From Shigella phage Sf20: a stretch of DNA of 64,000 bases. Where the stretch lies: the sequence record MF327006, one strand, 5' to 3'. The notes under the pieces are model-generated. The model did not search any database, was not told the DNA's origin, and saw only the letters and a list, made by a program, of their open reading frames with translations. The stretch's first letter is position 1. Every line of letters begins with the position of its first letter. This document shows, in pieces, positions 35,803-45,824 of this stretch. The position numbers and the translations under genes were made by a program.

Positions 35803-37911
35803 TTAAAATTTAACATTCTTAACCAGTTTCATAAAGTCTTGTGCGCGTTTGTCATTATGCAGAATACGATACCAGTTATCGACAATATCATACAGTAACG
35901 GGCTATTCTCTTTAAACTTCGCACAAACTGCTTTAATTCGTTCGTTTGCTACCGTGAATTTTTCATCACAGATCTTTTTAGTTTCTTCGTCCATAATCCA
36001 ACGAGTACGAAGGAGTAACTTGGAAACCTCTTTATTATAATGACGACCGTACAGTCTGTCAATAAATTCTGGAACACAGCGTTCTAGTTCATCGTCATGA
36101 AACAACATAGTGATCACACCCAGATATTCGCCATACCCCAGATGATTGGTCTTAACCTTCTTAGCCAGACCAGCCAGCTTACCGCGAACAAATTCTAGCG
36201 CACATTCCAATTGTTCGTCAACGAGATATTTTTGTGTCTCGTTTCGAGTAATAATATACTTTGTTACCCCGAAGTAGTCAAGCGCCGTATGTAATGTATT
36301 TTCACTATAGATCGATTTACGACTACGGCTTTCGAATGCATCACCTACGCGGAACATGTGCAAGCCTGATAACTCGCGAATCTCTGCCGCTTTCATGTGA
36401 TGGCTGGTTTTGTGCCAACTATCACCAATCTTTTCCATGATATACACGTTAGGCAGCTTGGGAGTAGCTTCACGTTGTGTACGCTCGGTCTTCTCCGGCT
36501 TAACTGCTTTAGCACGCAGATCATCGGCCTCTGATACCTTAATCACGGTCATTTCAGAATCATCATAATACTGTTTGATGTACTCGAAAGTCTCCATATG
36601 TTTTTCGTTGTTCTGACGGAACACCAGTACCTTTTTATTGATTCCGTATTCCTGGACCATGCCGTTAAGAGTCAGTGCACGCAGTTTCGGTTTATCGGTA
36701 TCATCAATAAGACACGTAATATCTTCTTTATGCATCCATACAAAATGCGTAATGTTGTATTGACTGCTAACGAAAGCAGGGCGCAATTTGCTGATTGTGT
36801 GACGAGTACGATACAGAGTATACACCTGACCTTCTACGTCATTTGGCGAATCTTTACCAGCATTCACAAACTTATTATAGATTGCTACCGGATCATCCCA
36901 CTGCCCGATCTTACCCATCTTGCTAATAATATTGCGTTGAGTCGATGAATACTCGCTCATAAATTGCGCAAGTTTACGCTCTGTTTTAATGTTGGCGATC
37001 TTTTCTTTAACCTTTTCCAACATCATTTCATTGATTTCTGCAATGCGTTTTTCGATGTTCGCTTTAGTCTCAATTGACAAGTGAACTTCTTCACGCGATG
37101 GCATAAGGTCCAGATCACCCAACTCAAAATTAATGTAAATGGTCTGGTGCTGGCGGTTTACAGCTTCTAACCATGTTCCGCGAACATATTCATACGGGAT
37201 CGGATACTGGATCTTACCCATGATTGCATATACTACATATGAATCGTTATCACGCCCATTGCAAACATAATAATTATCAAAGCTAGGGAAATAATTAATT
37301 TCGATTGCATTGATATTAGGTTTGTGTTCCCCAAAATGACGAAGTACAAATTGTGCTTCTCGATGCCATGTCTGAATGTCTTTTTCTTTCACCGGAATAG
37401 TGATTTTCAGACCGTTGTCTTCATAGGTCGGTTCGTCGAAAATCTGCACCATTTTCGGCATCGAGTTTTGCACAAATGCCGTAAAGCCATAAGCGCGACC
37501 ATTGTAATAGTTTACGATTGTAAAGGTGTCGGTATAGCTATAAGCAGATTTCGCACCTAAACCAAAAGATCCGATATAATCATTAGTCTGGTCTTTTGTT
37601 GATTCAAAGTAAACCGTAAACAGTTGTTCTAATTCTTTCTTAGACGGAATACCAGTACCATAATCACGCACAGAAAAATACGGTTCGATTGCAGTCGGTA
37701 AATGAATATCAAACGGACGATCTAAGGTTCCGGCTTCTTTGTGAGTGTCGGTAGCATTGCACGAATACTCACGGACGCAAGCACGCTCACAATATTGATA
37801 AGTGTTCTTAGAAAGCACCATAAAAGCCTTGCTACTTGCTTTCAGTGAAAAATCAACCGCACCGCTCAAGTCACTGCCAAATACTTCTTCATTATCAATA
37901 TGCATTTTCAT
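35803..37911 (-). CDS. rIIA: rIIA protein
   Basis: 702 aa; GHKL-ATPase-like DYGTGIP...GSFGLGAKSAYS; position next to rIIB. Confidence 0.8.
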   Translation of the reverse strand: MKMHIDNEEVFGSDLSGAVDFSLKASSKAFMVLSKNTYQYCERACVREYSCNATDTHKEAGTLDRPFDIHLPTAIEPYFSVRDYGTGIPSKKELEQLFTVYFESTKDQTNDYIGSFGLGAKSAYSYTDTFTIVNYYNGRAYGFTAFVQNSMPKMVQIFDEPTYEDNGLKITIPVKEKDIQTWHREAQFVLRHFGEHKPNINAIEINYFPSFDNYYVCNGRDNDSYVVYAIMGKIQYPIPYEYVRGTWLEAVNRQHQTIYINFELGDLDLMPSREEVHLSIETKANIEKRIAEINEMMLEKVKEKIANIKTERKLAQFMSEYSSTQRNIISKMGKIGQWDDPVAIYNKFVNAGKDSPNDVEGQVYTLYRTRHTISKLRPAFVSSQYNITHFVWMHKEDITCLIDDTDKPKLRALTLNGMVQEYGINKKVLVFRQNNEKHMETFEYIKQYYDDSEMTVIKVSEADDLRAKAVKPEKTERTQREATPKLPNVYIMEKIGDSWHKTSHHMKAAEIRELSGLHMFRVGDAFESRSRKSIYSENTLHTALDYFGVTKYIITRNETQKYLVDEQLECALEFVRGKLAGLAKKVKTNHLGYGEYLGVITMLFHDDELERCVPEFIDRLYGRHYNKEVSKLLLRTRWIMDEETKKICDEKFTVANERIKAVCAKFKENSPLLYDIVDNWYRILHNDKRAQDFMKLVKNVKF

Positions 37912-37925
37912 AATATGATCCTCAC

Positions 37926-38183
37926 TTAATTAAAATCTTCTTTGTCCATCTCTGCGTAGATTACATCCCACGCCCATAAATCAATAAACGCATTATATGT
38001 CACGGTGCAATCGTTGTCAATCACTTCTTTCGCATATTTCTTGATGTTTTCGTAGGAAACTTGCGGATCAATTTTGTGTTTACGAAGGTGTGCATATTCA
38101 TACCTCAAACATTTCATAAACAGGTCCATCGATTTCTTTTCTCGATGACACTTGGCGATCAGAAAATCAAAACTTCGACTCAT
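37926..38183 (-). CDS. hypothetical protein
   Basis: ORF track 85 aa. Confidence 0.45.
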   Translation of the reverse strand: MSRSFDFLIAKCHREKKSMDLFMKCLRYEYAHLRKHKIDPQVSYENIKKYAKEVIDNDCTVTYNAFIDLWAWDVIYAEMDKEDFN

Positions 38184-38193
38184 TTTCTACTCC

Positions 38194-38388
38194 TTATACA
38201 TTTTCAATCACCCATTGCAGATGGGCTTCTGCGTCAACCAGTTCAGCGCGGCTTTTCTCTAAGCACTTGCTGTATTCTTTACGTTCCCAATCAGCAATTT
38301 TGTTTTTCAGGACTTCTTCATAGTAAGCAATTACGCCTTTCAGATCGGAAACTCTACGGCTTGCCAGTTCGATGTAATGGTTACGCAT
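38194..38388 (-). CDS. hypothetical protein
   Basis: ORF track 64 aa. Confidence 0.4.
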   Translation of the reverse strand: MRNHYIELASRRVSDLKGVIAYYEEVLKNKIADWERKEYSKCLEKSRAELVDAEAHLQWVIENV

Positions 38389-38575
38389 TTTGATTCTCCT
38401 TTGTTACTAGATAACGAATTTGGTCTTGCATTGCGATCAGTTCCCAGCGTGCTACTTTCATCATGGAAACCGACTCTTTGAACATAATATTAGCTTTTTC
38501 CTTATTCCCTGTCAAGTAGATTTCTGCAATTTTTTCACAAAATTTTTGAGTTTCTTCATTCTTAAACGGTTTCAT
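38381..38575 (-). CDS. hypothetical protein
   Basis: ORF trimmed to ATG 38573-38575. Confidence 0.4.
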   Translation of the reverse strand: MKPFKNEETQKFCEKIAEIYLTGNKEKANIMFKESVSMMKVARWELIAMQDQIRYLVTKENQNA

Positions 38576-38605
38576 ATAAGTCAACCTTTTGTTTTCGATG
38601 GGGAC

Positions 38606-38634
38606 ATTATGATATATCCCCGAACCAGTGTCAA
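38606..38634 (-). promoter_or_regulatory. sigma70-type early promoter with stem-loop
   Basis: Minus sense TTGACA-N17-CATAAT; GGGGA...TCCCC hairpin. Confidence 0.5.
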
Positions 38635-38641
38635 CAGATTT

Positions 38642-38941
38642 TTAATCTTTTTTCAATGCATCCATTACTCGCTCTGCGATCAGTTCTCGTAAGCACTGAT
38701 AACCATGATATTTGATGGCAATGTCACGCAGATCATTAACCAGTTCCCGTACTTCATGGTCTTTCAGATCGTCTCTGTATTTCGATTTAACCGTGTCTTT
38801 AGGTGGATTGTGGATAACCTGAAAACCTTGTTCTGCAATCACTGCGGCTTCGCGCTGGCGTTCATGCTGTACTGTATTTTTGATCAGGTCTGCTTCCATG
38901 AACTTTGCCATACTCATCATCATGTTATTCTTTTTGCTCAT
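38642..38941 (-). CDS. hypothetical protein
   Basis: ORF trimmed to ATG 38939-38941 with SD GAGGA. Confidence 0.45.
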   Translation of the reverse strand: MSKKNNMMMSMAKFMEADLIKNTVQHERQREAAVIAEQGFQVIHNPPKDTVKSKYRDDLKDHEVRELVNDLRDIAIKYHGYQCLRELIAERVMDALKKD

Positions 38942-38975
38942 TATTAAATCCTCATAAAAGAAAAGGGAGACTCCC

Positions 38976-39003
38976 ATTATAGAGAATCTCCCTTGTATGT
39001 CAA
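38976..39003 (-). promoter_or_regulatory. sigma70-type early promoter with stem-loop
   Basis: Minus sense TTGACA-N16-TATAAT, then GGGAGUCUCCC hairpin; overlaps the 3' end of gene 39. Confidence 0.5.
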
Positions 39004-39006
39004 GTG

Positions 39007-40830
39007 TTATGATTGCATCCAAATTTTGCGCTGATCTGCATCTTCACTATAGAGCAAATCGAATAGCTCTTTATAGTTTTCCGGTAACGTGATGATCTCC
39101 ATGACAGGATCGTTGATCACGCGATGATAGTCTGATTCTGTGAGCGATGCTAAACCTTTGATATATCGAATGTTGTAACCTTTGATATTATCTCGGTCGT
39201 TCTCGAAATCTTCTAGGTCATAATACCATCGAACATCATCACCTTTCTTTGGTTCAGCAATGATAATAGGTGTTTTGATAAACCGGATTCGTCCATCTTC
39301 GAACAATTCAGGCCAACGTGCAAAGAAAGAGATCAGACTAGGTTTAATAGACCCGATCCCGTCAGTATCAGCGTCGGTCATAATCGCAATATTTTTGTAT
39401 TGCATAACTTCCAATGCATCAACACCAAATTGCAAGCCAGTGATCGCCATGATGTTAAAAATTTCGGCGTTCTTAACGATCTTTGCCTCCGGTTGTTCCC
39501 ACGTTGTAAGAGTTTTGCCTCGCAACGGGAAACCGCCATGTAAATCTTGATCACGTACAGAGATCAGATAGTTGATCGCGGAATCACCTTCCGTCAAAAA
39601 CAGGGTAGTTTCTGCGTCAGTTCCAATAAGGTTAGCTTTAACGTGTTTTGCTACCTTAGCCCGTTTTGCTGCCTTTGCTGCCTTAGTCGCTGCCGCTTTA
39701 TCTGCTGCCTCTTTGCGTGCCAGGACTACAGCAATAATAGGCATGATAATGTTTTCTTTCTTCGCAATGACTTTAGCCAGCTTTTTAAAATCAAGATCAA
39801 TATGACGCTTGATATCACCAGTCGGGTTAGTCAAGCGTTCTTTTGTCTGTGAATCAAAACGAAGGTTAGGCAATTCACGAACAATAAGAATACAGGTCAA
39901 TCCAGATTTAACCGCAGCTTTAGTAACATCAACCTTATATTCTTTCTTGATTCGTTTTACAATCTCTTCACAAAGATCATCTGTCACATAATCAACGTGT
40001 GTTCCCCCGTTTTTGGTAAACAGACCGTTAGCAAAGGATACTGATTTAAAACCTTCTCCCTCGACCGCAGGAACTAGGGCAAGTGAAAAGTTTTTATCTT
40101 CAATGACAAACGGATCATCATTGTATAGTTTAGCATAATCCTTGAACTTACTAACAATACGTTTACCATTAAACTTAAACGTGATCTTAGGAAAGATTAC
40201 GCTCAATGATTGCAGACGATCATGAACAATATCTAAAACAGAGTTGTCCATCATATAACCTTCGAAGTGGTCGAAGTCTGGGCAAAATGTAACCTTTGTT
40301 CCCTTCAATTTTGATGGTTTTGATGACCATGTGATATTTTCAGCACCGTTTGTGCACTGTACGGTCATTTCTGTTTCGCCGTCACAGGTCACACCAGTAA
40401 ACCAATCGCTAAAGAAATTTGACAACGACGACCCCACACCGTTCATCCCTTGCGTTAATCGATTTGTATCATCAAAGTTAGACCCTGCTTTTGTTCGTGT
40501 CCATGCGGCTACAGGTTGCGGAATCTGCGTACCCTCTGGGGTAGTAACCATATGTTGAGGAATACCGCGACCATTGTCTGTTACCGTAACAATATTGTTT
40601 TGGATATCGACGCTAATCACATTGGCAAATTCAAAGTTAGTGCGGATCGCCTCGTCTACAGAGTTGTCGATGATCTCATCAATGATTTTAACCAGTCCAG
40701 GAACGTATGAAATTTTTGTCCATTTACCGAACAGGAAACGTTGATGTTCTTCGTAAGTTGTTGATCCTATATACATTCCTGCACGCTTAAGGACATGTTC
40801 ACGATCAGATAAAATGCGAAACTCACTCAT
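39007..40830 (-). CDS. 39: DNA topoisomerase II large (ATPase) subunit, unsplit 39+60 form
   Basis: 607 aa; GHKL ATPase N-terminus IDEIIDNSVDEA...TDNGRGIP; single continuous ORF. Confidence 0.85.
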   Translation of the reverse strand: MSEFRILSDREHVLKRAGMYIGSTTYEEHQRFLFGKWTKISYVPGLVKIIDEIIDNSVDEAIRTNFEFANVISVDIQNNIVTVTDNGRGIPQHMVTTPEGTQIPQPVAAWTRTKAGSNFDDTNRLTQGMNGVGSSLSNFFSDWFTGVTCDGETEMTVQCTNGAENITWSSKPSKLKGTKVTFCPDFDHFEGYMMDNSVLDIVHDRLQSLSVIFPKITFKFNGKRIVSKFKDYAKLYNDDPFVIEDKNFSLALVPAVEGEGFKSVSFANGLFTKNGGTHVDYVTDDLCEEIVKRIKKEYKVDVTKAAVKSGLTCILIVRELPNLRFDSQTKERLTNPTGDIKRHIDLDFKKLAKVIAKKENIIMPIIAVVLARKEAADKAAATKAAKAAKRAKVAKHVKANLIGTDAETTLFLTEGDSAINYLISVRDQDLHGGFPLRGKTLTTWEQPEAKIVKNAEIFNIMAITGLQFGVDALEVMQYKNIAIMTDADTDGIGSIKPSLISFFARWPELFEDGRIRFIKTPIIIAEPKKGDDVRWYYDLEDFENDRDNIKGYNIRYIKGLASLTESDYHRVINDPVMEIITLPENYKELFDLLYSEDADQRKIWMQS

Positions 40831-40929
40831 TATTAAACCTCTTCATAACATAACCATAACTTACTGCAACCGCCACAAAGACGGCTGCAACAATCATATT
40901 AAAAATTGAGTGATTGTCAAGTATATGAC

Positions 40930-41103
40930 TCATGACACGCGCACATTTTTATCATAGTACCCGCCATTAATCCCGCGCGGGGCAGTTAATCCCTGTTTGC
41001 ATTCTTTACCACATTCAGGGCATTCTGCCTTTTCACGCTCGGAAATTTTGCGGATTTTCTGAAATTGACCGTGTTCTTCACAAGAATAATCGTATAATGG
41101 CAT
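40930..41103 (-). CDS. FmdB-like zinc-ribbon small protein
   Basis: ORF trimmed to ATG 41101-41103: MPLYDYSCEEHGQFQ...CPECGKEC; coupled to dexA stop. Confidence 0.4.
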   Translation of the reverse strand: MPLYDYSCEEHGQFQKIRKISEREKAECPECGKECKQGLTAPRGINGGYYDKNVRVS

Positions 41104-41104
41104 A

Positions 41105-41773
41105 TTATCCCCTTTGTTTCTTAACTGAATTTGGATCTGGATTTTCTGGTAGGTCTTCCAGACCCATAGCATAACGTTGTGCATAGATTAGCATAAGAAT
41201 ATCGCGAGCGCAATCATGAATTGCATCATGTGCGATAAAACCATCTAGCGTACCCATTGGTAACGGACACTCACACATCCCGCGATGCATCAATGTACGC
41301 TCAATGGCGGTGCGAACATCTCGGATATTCCAGAATCGCACAGGTTCAAGGCTGAACGTCTCTCGTGTATTGTGTGCACGGCGGATCATATCAACTAGTA
41401 ACGGAATATCAAACGCATTACCGCGTGACCACAATACGGATTTAACCGGATCTACTCCTACGGCTTCACAGAATGCGTTAAAACGCGCTAAACCTTCTTT
41501 AGTTGATACTTCCGTACCATTTGTGATTAATTGCTTTCTCATGCCTTCTGAGGCGGTATTCTTCCACCATTCAACCACACCATGATCAAACACCCTTACA
41601 CCTTTCTGGGAAGGAATATCAAATTTTACCAGAAAGGAATTGTCAACCAGTTCTTTAAATGTAGGTGGATTGTGCGGATCTTCTTTAAATCCGATTGCCG
41701 CCATATTGATAACCGCCCCATCAGGCGGATAACCTAAACTTTCAAAGTCAATCATTAAATCCACTGGAAGCAT
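41105..41773 (-). CDS. dexA: exonuclease A (DEDDh 3'-5' exonuclease)
   Basis: ATG 41771-41773 with SD GGAGGA; MIDFESLG, HNTRETFSLEP, AHDAIHDCARD motifs. Confidence 0.8.
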   Translation of the reverse strand: MLPVDLMIDFESLGYPPDGAVINMAAIGFKEDPHNPPTFKELVDNSFLVKFDIPSQKGVRVFDHGVVEWWKNTASEGMRKQLITNGTEVSTKEGLARFNAFCEAVGVDPVKSVLWSRGNAFDIPLLVDMIRRAHNTRETFSLEPVRFWNIRDVRTAIERTLMHRGMCECPLPMGTLDGFIAHDAIHDCARDILMLIYAQRYAMGLEDLPENPDPNSVKKQRG

Positions 41774-41774
41774 T

Positions 41775-42017
41775 TTAAATATCCTCCGCGATATGCCGGA
41801 ACAACTCCAGATCGTTTTTATCCAGAATGAAACCGCTACAATCAATAATCCCGTTACCGTAATTATCGGTTAACAGTCGTTCCGTTGCCATGTATGCGCG
41901 TACTTTGTTGTTAAAATTCATTACATGTTGTGCATAGTCACAATGAATCTTTTGACGGTTCCACGCGACAATTGATTGTAGATGTATTACATTAGCCACA
42001 TTATTAATAACAACCAT
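41775..42017 (-). CDS. hypothetical protein
   Basis: ORF track 80 aa. Confidence 0.45.
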   Translation of the reverse strand: MVVINNVANVIHLQSIVAWNRQKIHCDYAQHVMNFNNKVRAYMATERLLTDNYGNGIIDCSGFILDKNDLELFRHIAEDI

Positions 42018-42196
42018 ATCAAAACCCTCGCTTAGTGAAATATTCGATCATTTTATTGATACATTCAGCTTCACTGTCGCCGGATACGTTCCATCCATAA
42101 TGACCCCAACTAAAACACATGGTAACAGTTCCATTGTGACGGCGTACCGTCACATCGTCAAATTCTGGGATACTTCGCATAATCATAATAATTTCC

Positions 42197-43588
42197 TCAA
42201 ATATAGTCTACTCGATACCGCGCACGGGTAACACCAACATATAATAACTGCATTGCCAATTCAAAGTCAACATTGTCTGTACACATGCAAGGGGTATACA
42301 GGAACACGCGGTCTACGCTGATCCCTTGTGACTTATGAATGGTGCAAGCTGGTAATGCTTTTACATTCAAGAACATACGCTTCATCGTCCAGAAGGAATC
42401 CCAATCTGGTTTAAATTTTGGATTCTCTTTCTTCATTTCGCGATATTGTCCGGCGACCGTATTCAGATAGATAGAGAAAATGTTCTTCTGACGTTGTTCT
42501 GTCAGAATGTTGATTTCTACTAAATCTGGTTTATCTGTAGTGATTCCGACTGCATCTAAACCGACTTTCTGATTTAGGATTTCTTTGTCTTCGTCATCAT
42601 CGACGCTTTCCACTTTCAGAGTATATCCTAAAACTGGTTGTGGATCTACCCCCGTGCAACGTAATGTAAATTCACGCGGTATAACCTCTTTAACCCGGAT
42701 CATCTCACCATTGTTAAAAATAACATTGGGAATTTTCTTCCCGCGTTCATCTCGCAGATATTCGATCAATGGTTCCTGAGTAACCAGAATTTCATCTACA
42801 ATCACTGGTTCATCGGTGTTATAAACGCGCTTACGCACAATTTCATTGAGTTTTTCGACGCTCTTGTTAGTGTAGGCCAGAATACGGTTTTCTAGAAGGT
42901 CTTCCGGCGTTTTAACAGCTTCAAAATAATGTTTCATGAACTCTGGCAGCGTTGAGCTATGGAATACACCCTCGTTGTCGCACTGCTTTTCAAATACCCA
43001 TTTACCATTACGGACAGCGGTCGCCACATCAATTATTGGCGCATTAGATCGTTTAATCTCTGTAAGTTCTACATTCTGAAACCTTTCATCGGTGAAGAAA
43101 GGAGAGATCGACGTTGCACCGCTCGGATCAACTGGTCGTAACTGGTACAGATCACCAACGGCAATAATAACAATTCGACCGTTGATACTCTTCATGAGAA
43201 TATCAAATAGTTTCTTATCGACCATACTCGCTTCATCAACAATGATGATCTGAACATCATCTAGCTTAGGAGTATCTTTTTGCTCAAATACTTGAGTATC
43301 TTCATAGTTGGTCGGGTTTAGTCGCAGTAGTGCATGTAAAGTAAATGCTTGACGACCTACCGCTTTACTCAAAACTTTTTTAGCCTGGTGGGTAGGCGTT
43401 GCCAAAACCACACCAGTTACCCCACGACGGACCATTTCCTGAACAATGAATTTCATCATTGCGGTTTTACCAGTACCCGCCGCACCACGGACAGTTGTAT
43501 GCTTCTTTTGTTCAATGCGTTTCATTAGAACATCAAAAGCATGTTTTTGCCCGTCTGTTAACATATCGAAAGTTAATACTCTGCTCAT
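42197..43588 (-). CDS. dda: Dda DNA helicase (SF1B)
   Basis: 463 aa; Walker A GAAGTGKT; IIVDEASMV; RPVD motifs. Confidence 0.85.
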   Translation of the reverse strand: MSRVLTFDMLTDGQKHAFDVLMKRIEQKKHTTVRGAAGTGKTAMMKFIVQEMVRRGVTGVVLATPTHQAKKVLSKAVGRQAFTLHALLRLNPTNYEDTQVFEQKDTPKLDDVQIIIVDEASMVDKKLFDILMKSINGRIVIIAVGDLYQLRPVDPSGATSISPFFTDERFQNVELTEIKRSNAPIIDVATAVRNGKWVFEKQCDNEGVFHSSTLPEFMKHYFEAVKTPEDLLENRILAYTNKSVEKLNEIVRKRVYNTDEPVIVDEILVTQEPLIEYLRDERGKKIPNVIFNNGEMIRVKEVIPREFTLRCTGVDPQPVLGYTLKVESVDDDEDKEILNQKVGLDAVGITTDKPDLVEINILTEQRQKNIFSIYLNTVAGQYREMKKENPKFKPDWDSFWTMKRMFLNVKALPACTIHKSQGISVDRVFLYTPCMCTDNVDFELAMQLLYVGVTRARYRVDYI

Positions 43589-43902
43589 TATCCTAAAATC
43601 CTCACCTTGCGAACACAGATAGTATTGAGTTCTCGCCGTACCCGTTCTTTTTCATATTCAGGAATTTTATATTCGATACCATCCCGAACAATTTCAGAAG
43701 ACCGGATTATGCCAAATTTTCGTTTAGGTACAACCTTGTATTTCGGTTCACCCGCCAATAGACTCTCACAATAATCTATCTGATCACACATTGACGCTAA
43801 CGCAGCATCATGTGTTTCGCAAGTTAGGACGCGACCTTTCGCGTCCACTGAGTATTGAAAGAATCCGTCTTTATCACGATAACATACAGCAAATACATGC
43901 AT
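43588..43902 (-). CDS. hypothetical protein
   Basis: ORF track 104 aa; coupled. Confidence 0.45.
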   Translation of the reverse strand: MHVFAVCYRDKDGFFQYSVDAKGRVLTCETHDAALASMCDQIDYCESLLAGEPKYKVVPKRKFGIIRSSEIVRDGIEYKIPEYEKERVRRELNTICVRKVRILG

Positions 43903-44657
43903 TATAAACCTACCTTCGCTTTCATCAATTCAATCCACGACGCATCAATCGGAAGCCCGTATTTCACGCGTTCTTTTTGTGCTGGCGTTAAGTTCTCATA
44001 CTTAGAAAGAGATTCAATCAAAACGCTGGTATATTTTAGCACGACTTCGGTATTGTTTGCAATAGCCTTAAGTTTTTCTTCTTTCTTGTTGATTTCGCTA
44101 AGGGCTTGCTTGAGATCTGCAATTTTCTGATAACGTTCTTCCATACGGAAGAGAGTATTTTTAATCGCTCGCTCGGCTGCCTCTGCTTTCTCCGGTTCGT
44201 TGTGCTTTTTGTGGCGCTCGATTGCTAACTTCTTTTCTTCGATGGCTATTTCCTGATTTTTGATGCGATTCTCGTTAAGTTCGATCCACTCGATGTACTT
44301 CGCACGTAGGGCAATTTCATCATCAGAAAGTTTACCGTTAGTTCCTAGTTCCTGGATCTCTTTAAGAGATTCGATAGTGTGATTGCCACGGAAAGAATTG
44401 TATTTCAGTTTAACCGGAATTACATTGCCATCAACATATCCCAGATTGCAATCAATGCGCTCTAAGGAGAGTCCATCATCACCTTCACCGAAAGCCTCAC
44501 CGGAATAGGCGCAATGAGTCTGTCGGTAAATGTTACGCACAGTGACTAAGCTCATAGAGAAGTCTTTGTTGCGACGTGAAGCACCAGCCATGATAGAGTT
44601 CAGCCGGAAAACAACCAGCGCCAATTCTTCGTTAGATTTAAAAGCAAACAGTTTCAT
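43902..44657 (-). CDS. HNH_3-like (possibly degenerate) endonuclease-fold protein with C-terminal coiled coil
   Basis: CAYSGEAFGEGDDGLSLERIDCNLGYVDGNVIPV...NSFRGN resembles the HNH_3 core with His replaced; SD AAGGAG. Confidence 0.4.
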   Translation of the reverse strand: MKLFAFKSNEELALVVFRLNSIMAGASRRNKDFSMSLVTVRNIYRQTHCAYSGEAFGEGDDGLSLERIDCNLGYVDGNVIPVKLKYNSFRGNHTIESLKEIQELGTNGKLSDDEIALRAKYIEWIELNENRIKNQEIAIEEKKLAIERHKKHNEPEKAEAAERAIKNTLFRMEERYQKIADLKQALSEINKKEEKLKAIANNTEVVLKYTSVLIESLSKYENLTPAQKERVKYGLPIDASWIELMKAKVGL

Positions 44658-44686
44658 AATTGATTCTCCTTAGTTGGCATGTGTGT

Positions 44687-44714
44687 ATTATTGTCTATCT
44701 GGTTTGTGCTGTCA
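44687..44714 (-). promoter_or_regulatory. sigma70-type early promoter (weak -10)
   Basis: Minus sense TTGACA-N17-AATAAT. Confidence 0.4.
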
Positions 44715-44718
44715 ACAC

Positions 44719-45222
44719 TTAAATTAAAGAAAATTTGTAAATCTCTATCAGATCGCCATTACACGCGTAAACTTCCTCGATCTCATCAAGGATCATGGTC
44801 GTCCCTGTCTTGTATATACACTCGCGCTCATCTGCCAACATAGCATACAAAGACAGTCGAGTAGTCGGATTGTCATACTCTTTAGACACCACTCGGTCAA
44901 TAGCATGTTCGTAATAATTCATGCAAGGCTTGGTAGGTTTTATTGCAATAATCTTTCCTGTTGCATAAACATCGGTTGCAAAGTCCTCTGCTGTTGATTG
45001 CAGTGGCGTAAAGCTCATAGGACGCTCTACAACGAAAGAATCACCAACAATTAAGGTATCCAGCTTACGGCCTTCTCTTTTGCTCACACCGCGATACAAG
45101 GCTTCATGATGCACTAACCGCTCAGTCTTTTCGATCAATCCATTAAGGATCGACATATCGATATTTTCTTTAGAGTTCATCACTTCATCAATGATGTTAA
45201 GTTCTTCTGGTGTAAATTGCAT
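44719..45222 (-). CDS. mono-ADP-ribosyltransferase (ModA/ModB-like)
   Basis: 167 aa; R-S-ExE signature: ALYRGVS, FTPLQST, ADERECI. Confidence 0.6.
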   Translation of the reverse strand: MQFTPEELNIIDEVMNSKENIDMSILNGLIEKTERLVHHEALYRGVSKREGRKLDTLIVGDSFVVERPMSFTPLQSTAEDFATDVYATGKIIAIKPTKPCMNYYEHAIDRVVSKEYDNPTTRLSLYAMLADERECIYKTGTTMILDEIEEVYACNGDLIEIYKFSLI

Positions 45223-45255
45223 AATAAAAAAGCCTCCAATCTTTCGACGGGAGGC

Positions 45256-45284
45256 ATAATAAAACCATTATAGAGTAGTGTCAA
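45256..45284 (-). promoter_or_regulatory. sigma70-type early promoter
   Basis: Minus sense TTGACA-N17-TATTAT. Confidence 0.4.
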
Positions 45285-45291
45285 CTAATTT

Positions 45292-45810
45292 TTAGTAGCC
45301 GCGTTCTTGACGGGCGAAGTTTTCAGCATTTTTCAGATAGTACAGAATAAAGAGTTCTTGAGCGTCAATACCCAGCGGGATCATCTTTGACAGAATGAAG
45401 TGGATCGCGTCCACAAATTCAAATTTCACTTCAAGCTGATCTTCTGGTGACAGTTCAGAGAATTTACGCGCTCGCGCTTCCCCGTGGTTCTTTTTCCACA
45501 TTTTCCAGATTGCACTTGCATCTTTACCATTGGACATTCCACCCAGCGATGTGTAAAGCTCTCGTGTTTCGTCTGCGATAGCGTCATCCATCCGTTGCAT
45601 CCAATCCAGCATTTCACCGCAAGTCTCTAGCTTAGTTGGATTTGGGACCCAATCAAATTTTTCGGATAGTGCAACCTGCAAACCAGTTTGCATTTCTAGC
45701 ATCACCTGAAACGGATCTTTACCTTCTGCAATCGCGTGATGATATGCGGCGATAGCCGCGTTAATATCTTTTTCGTTAACCAGACCAGCACAAGAATTAA
45801 ATTCTGACAT
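45292..45810 (-). CDS. 56: dCTPase/dUTPase (MazG-like)
   Basis: ATG 45808-45810 with SD GAGGTGA; ...FARQERGY C-terminus matches T4 gp56. Confidence 0.8.
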   Translation of the reverse strand: MSEFNSCAGLVNEKDINAAIAAYHHAIAEGKDPFQVMLEMQTGLQVALSEKFDWVPNPTKLETCGEMLDWMQRMDDAIADETRELYTSLGGMSNGKDASAIWKMWKKNHGEARARKFSELSPEDQLEVKFEFVDAIHFILSKMIPLGIDAQELFILYYLKNAENFARQERGY

Positions 45811-45824
45811 ATTCACCTCATTAA

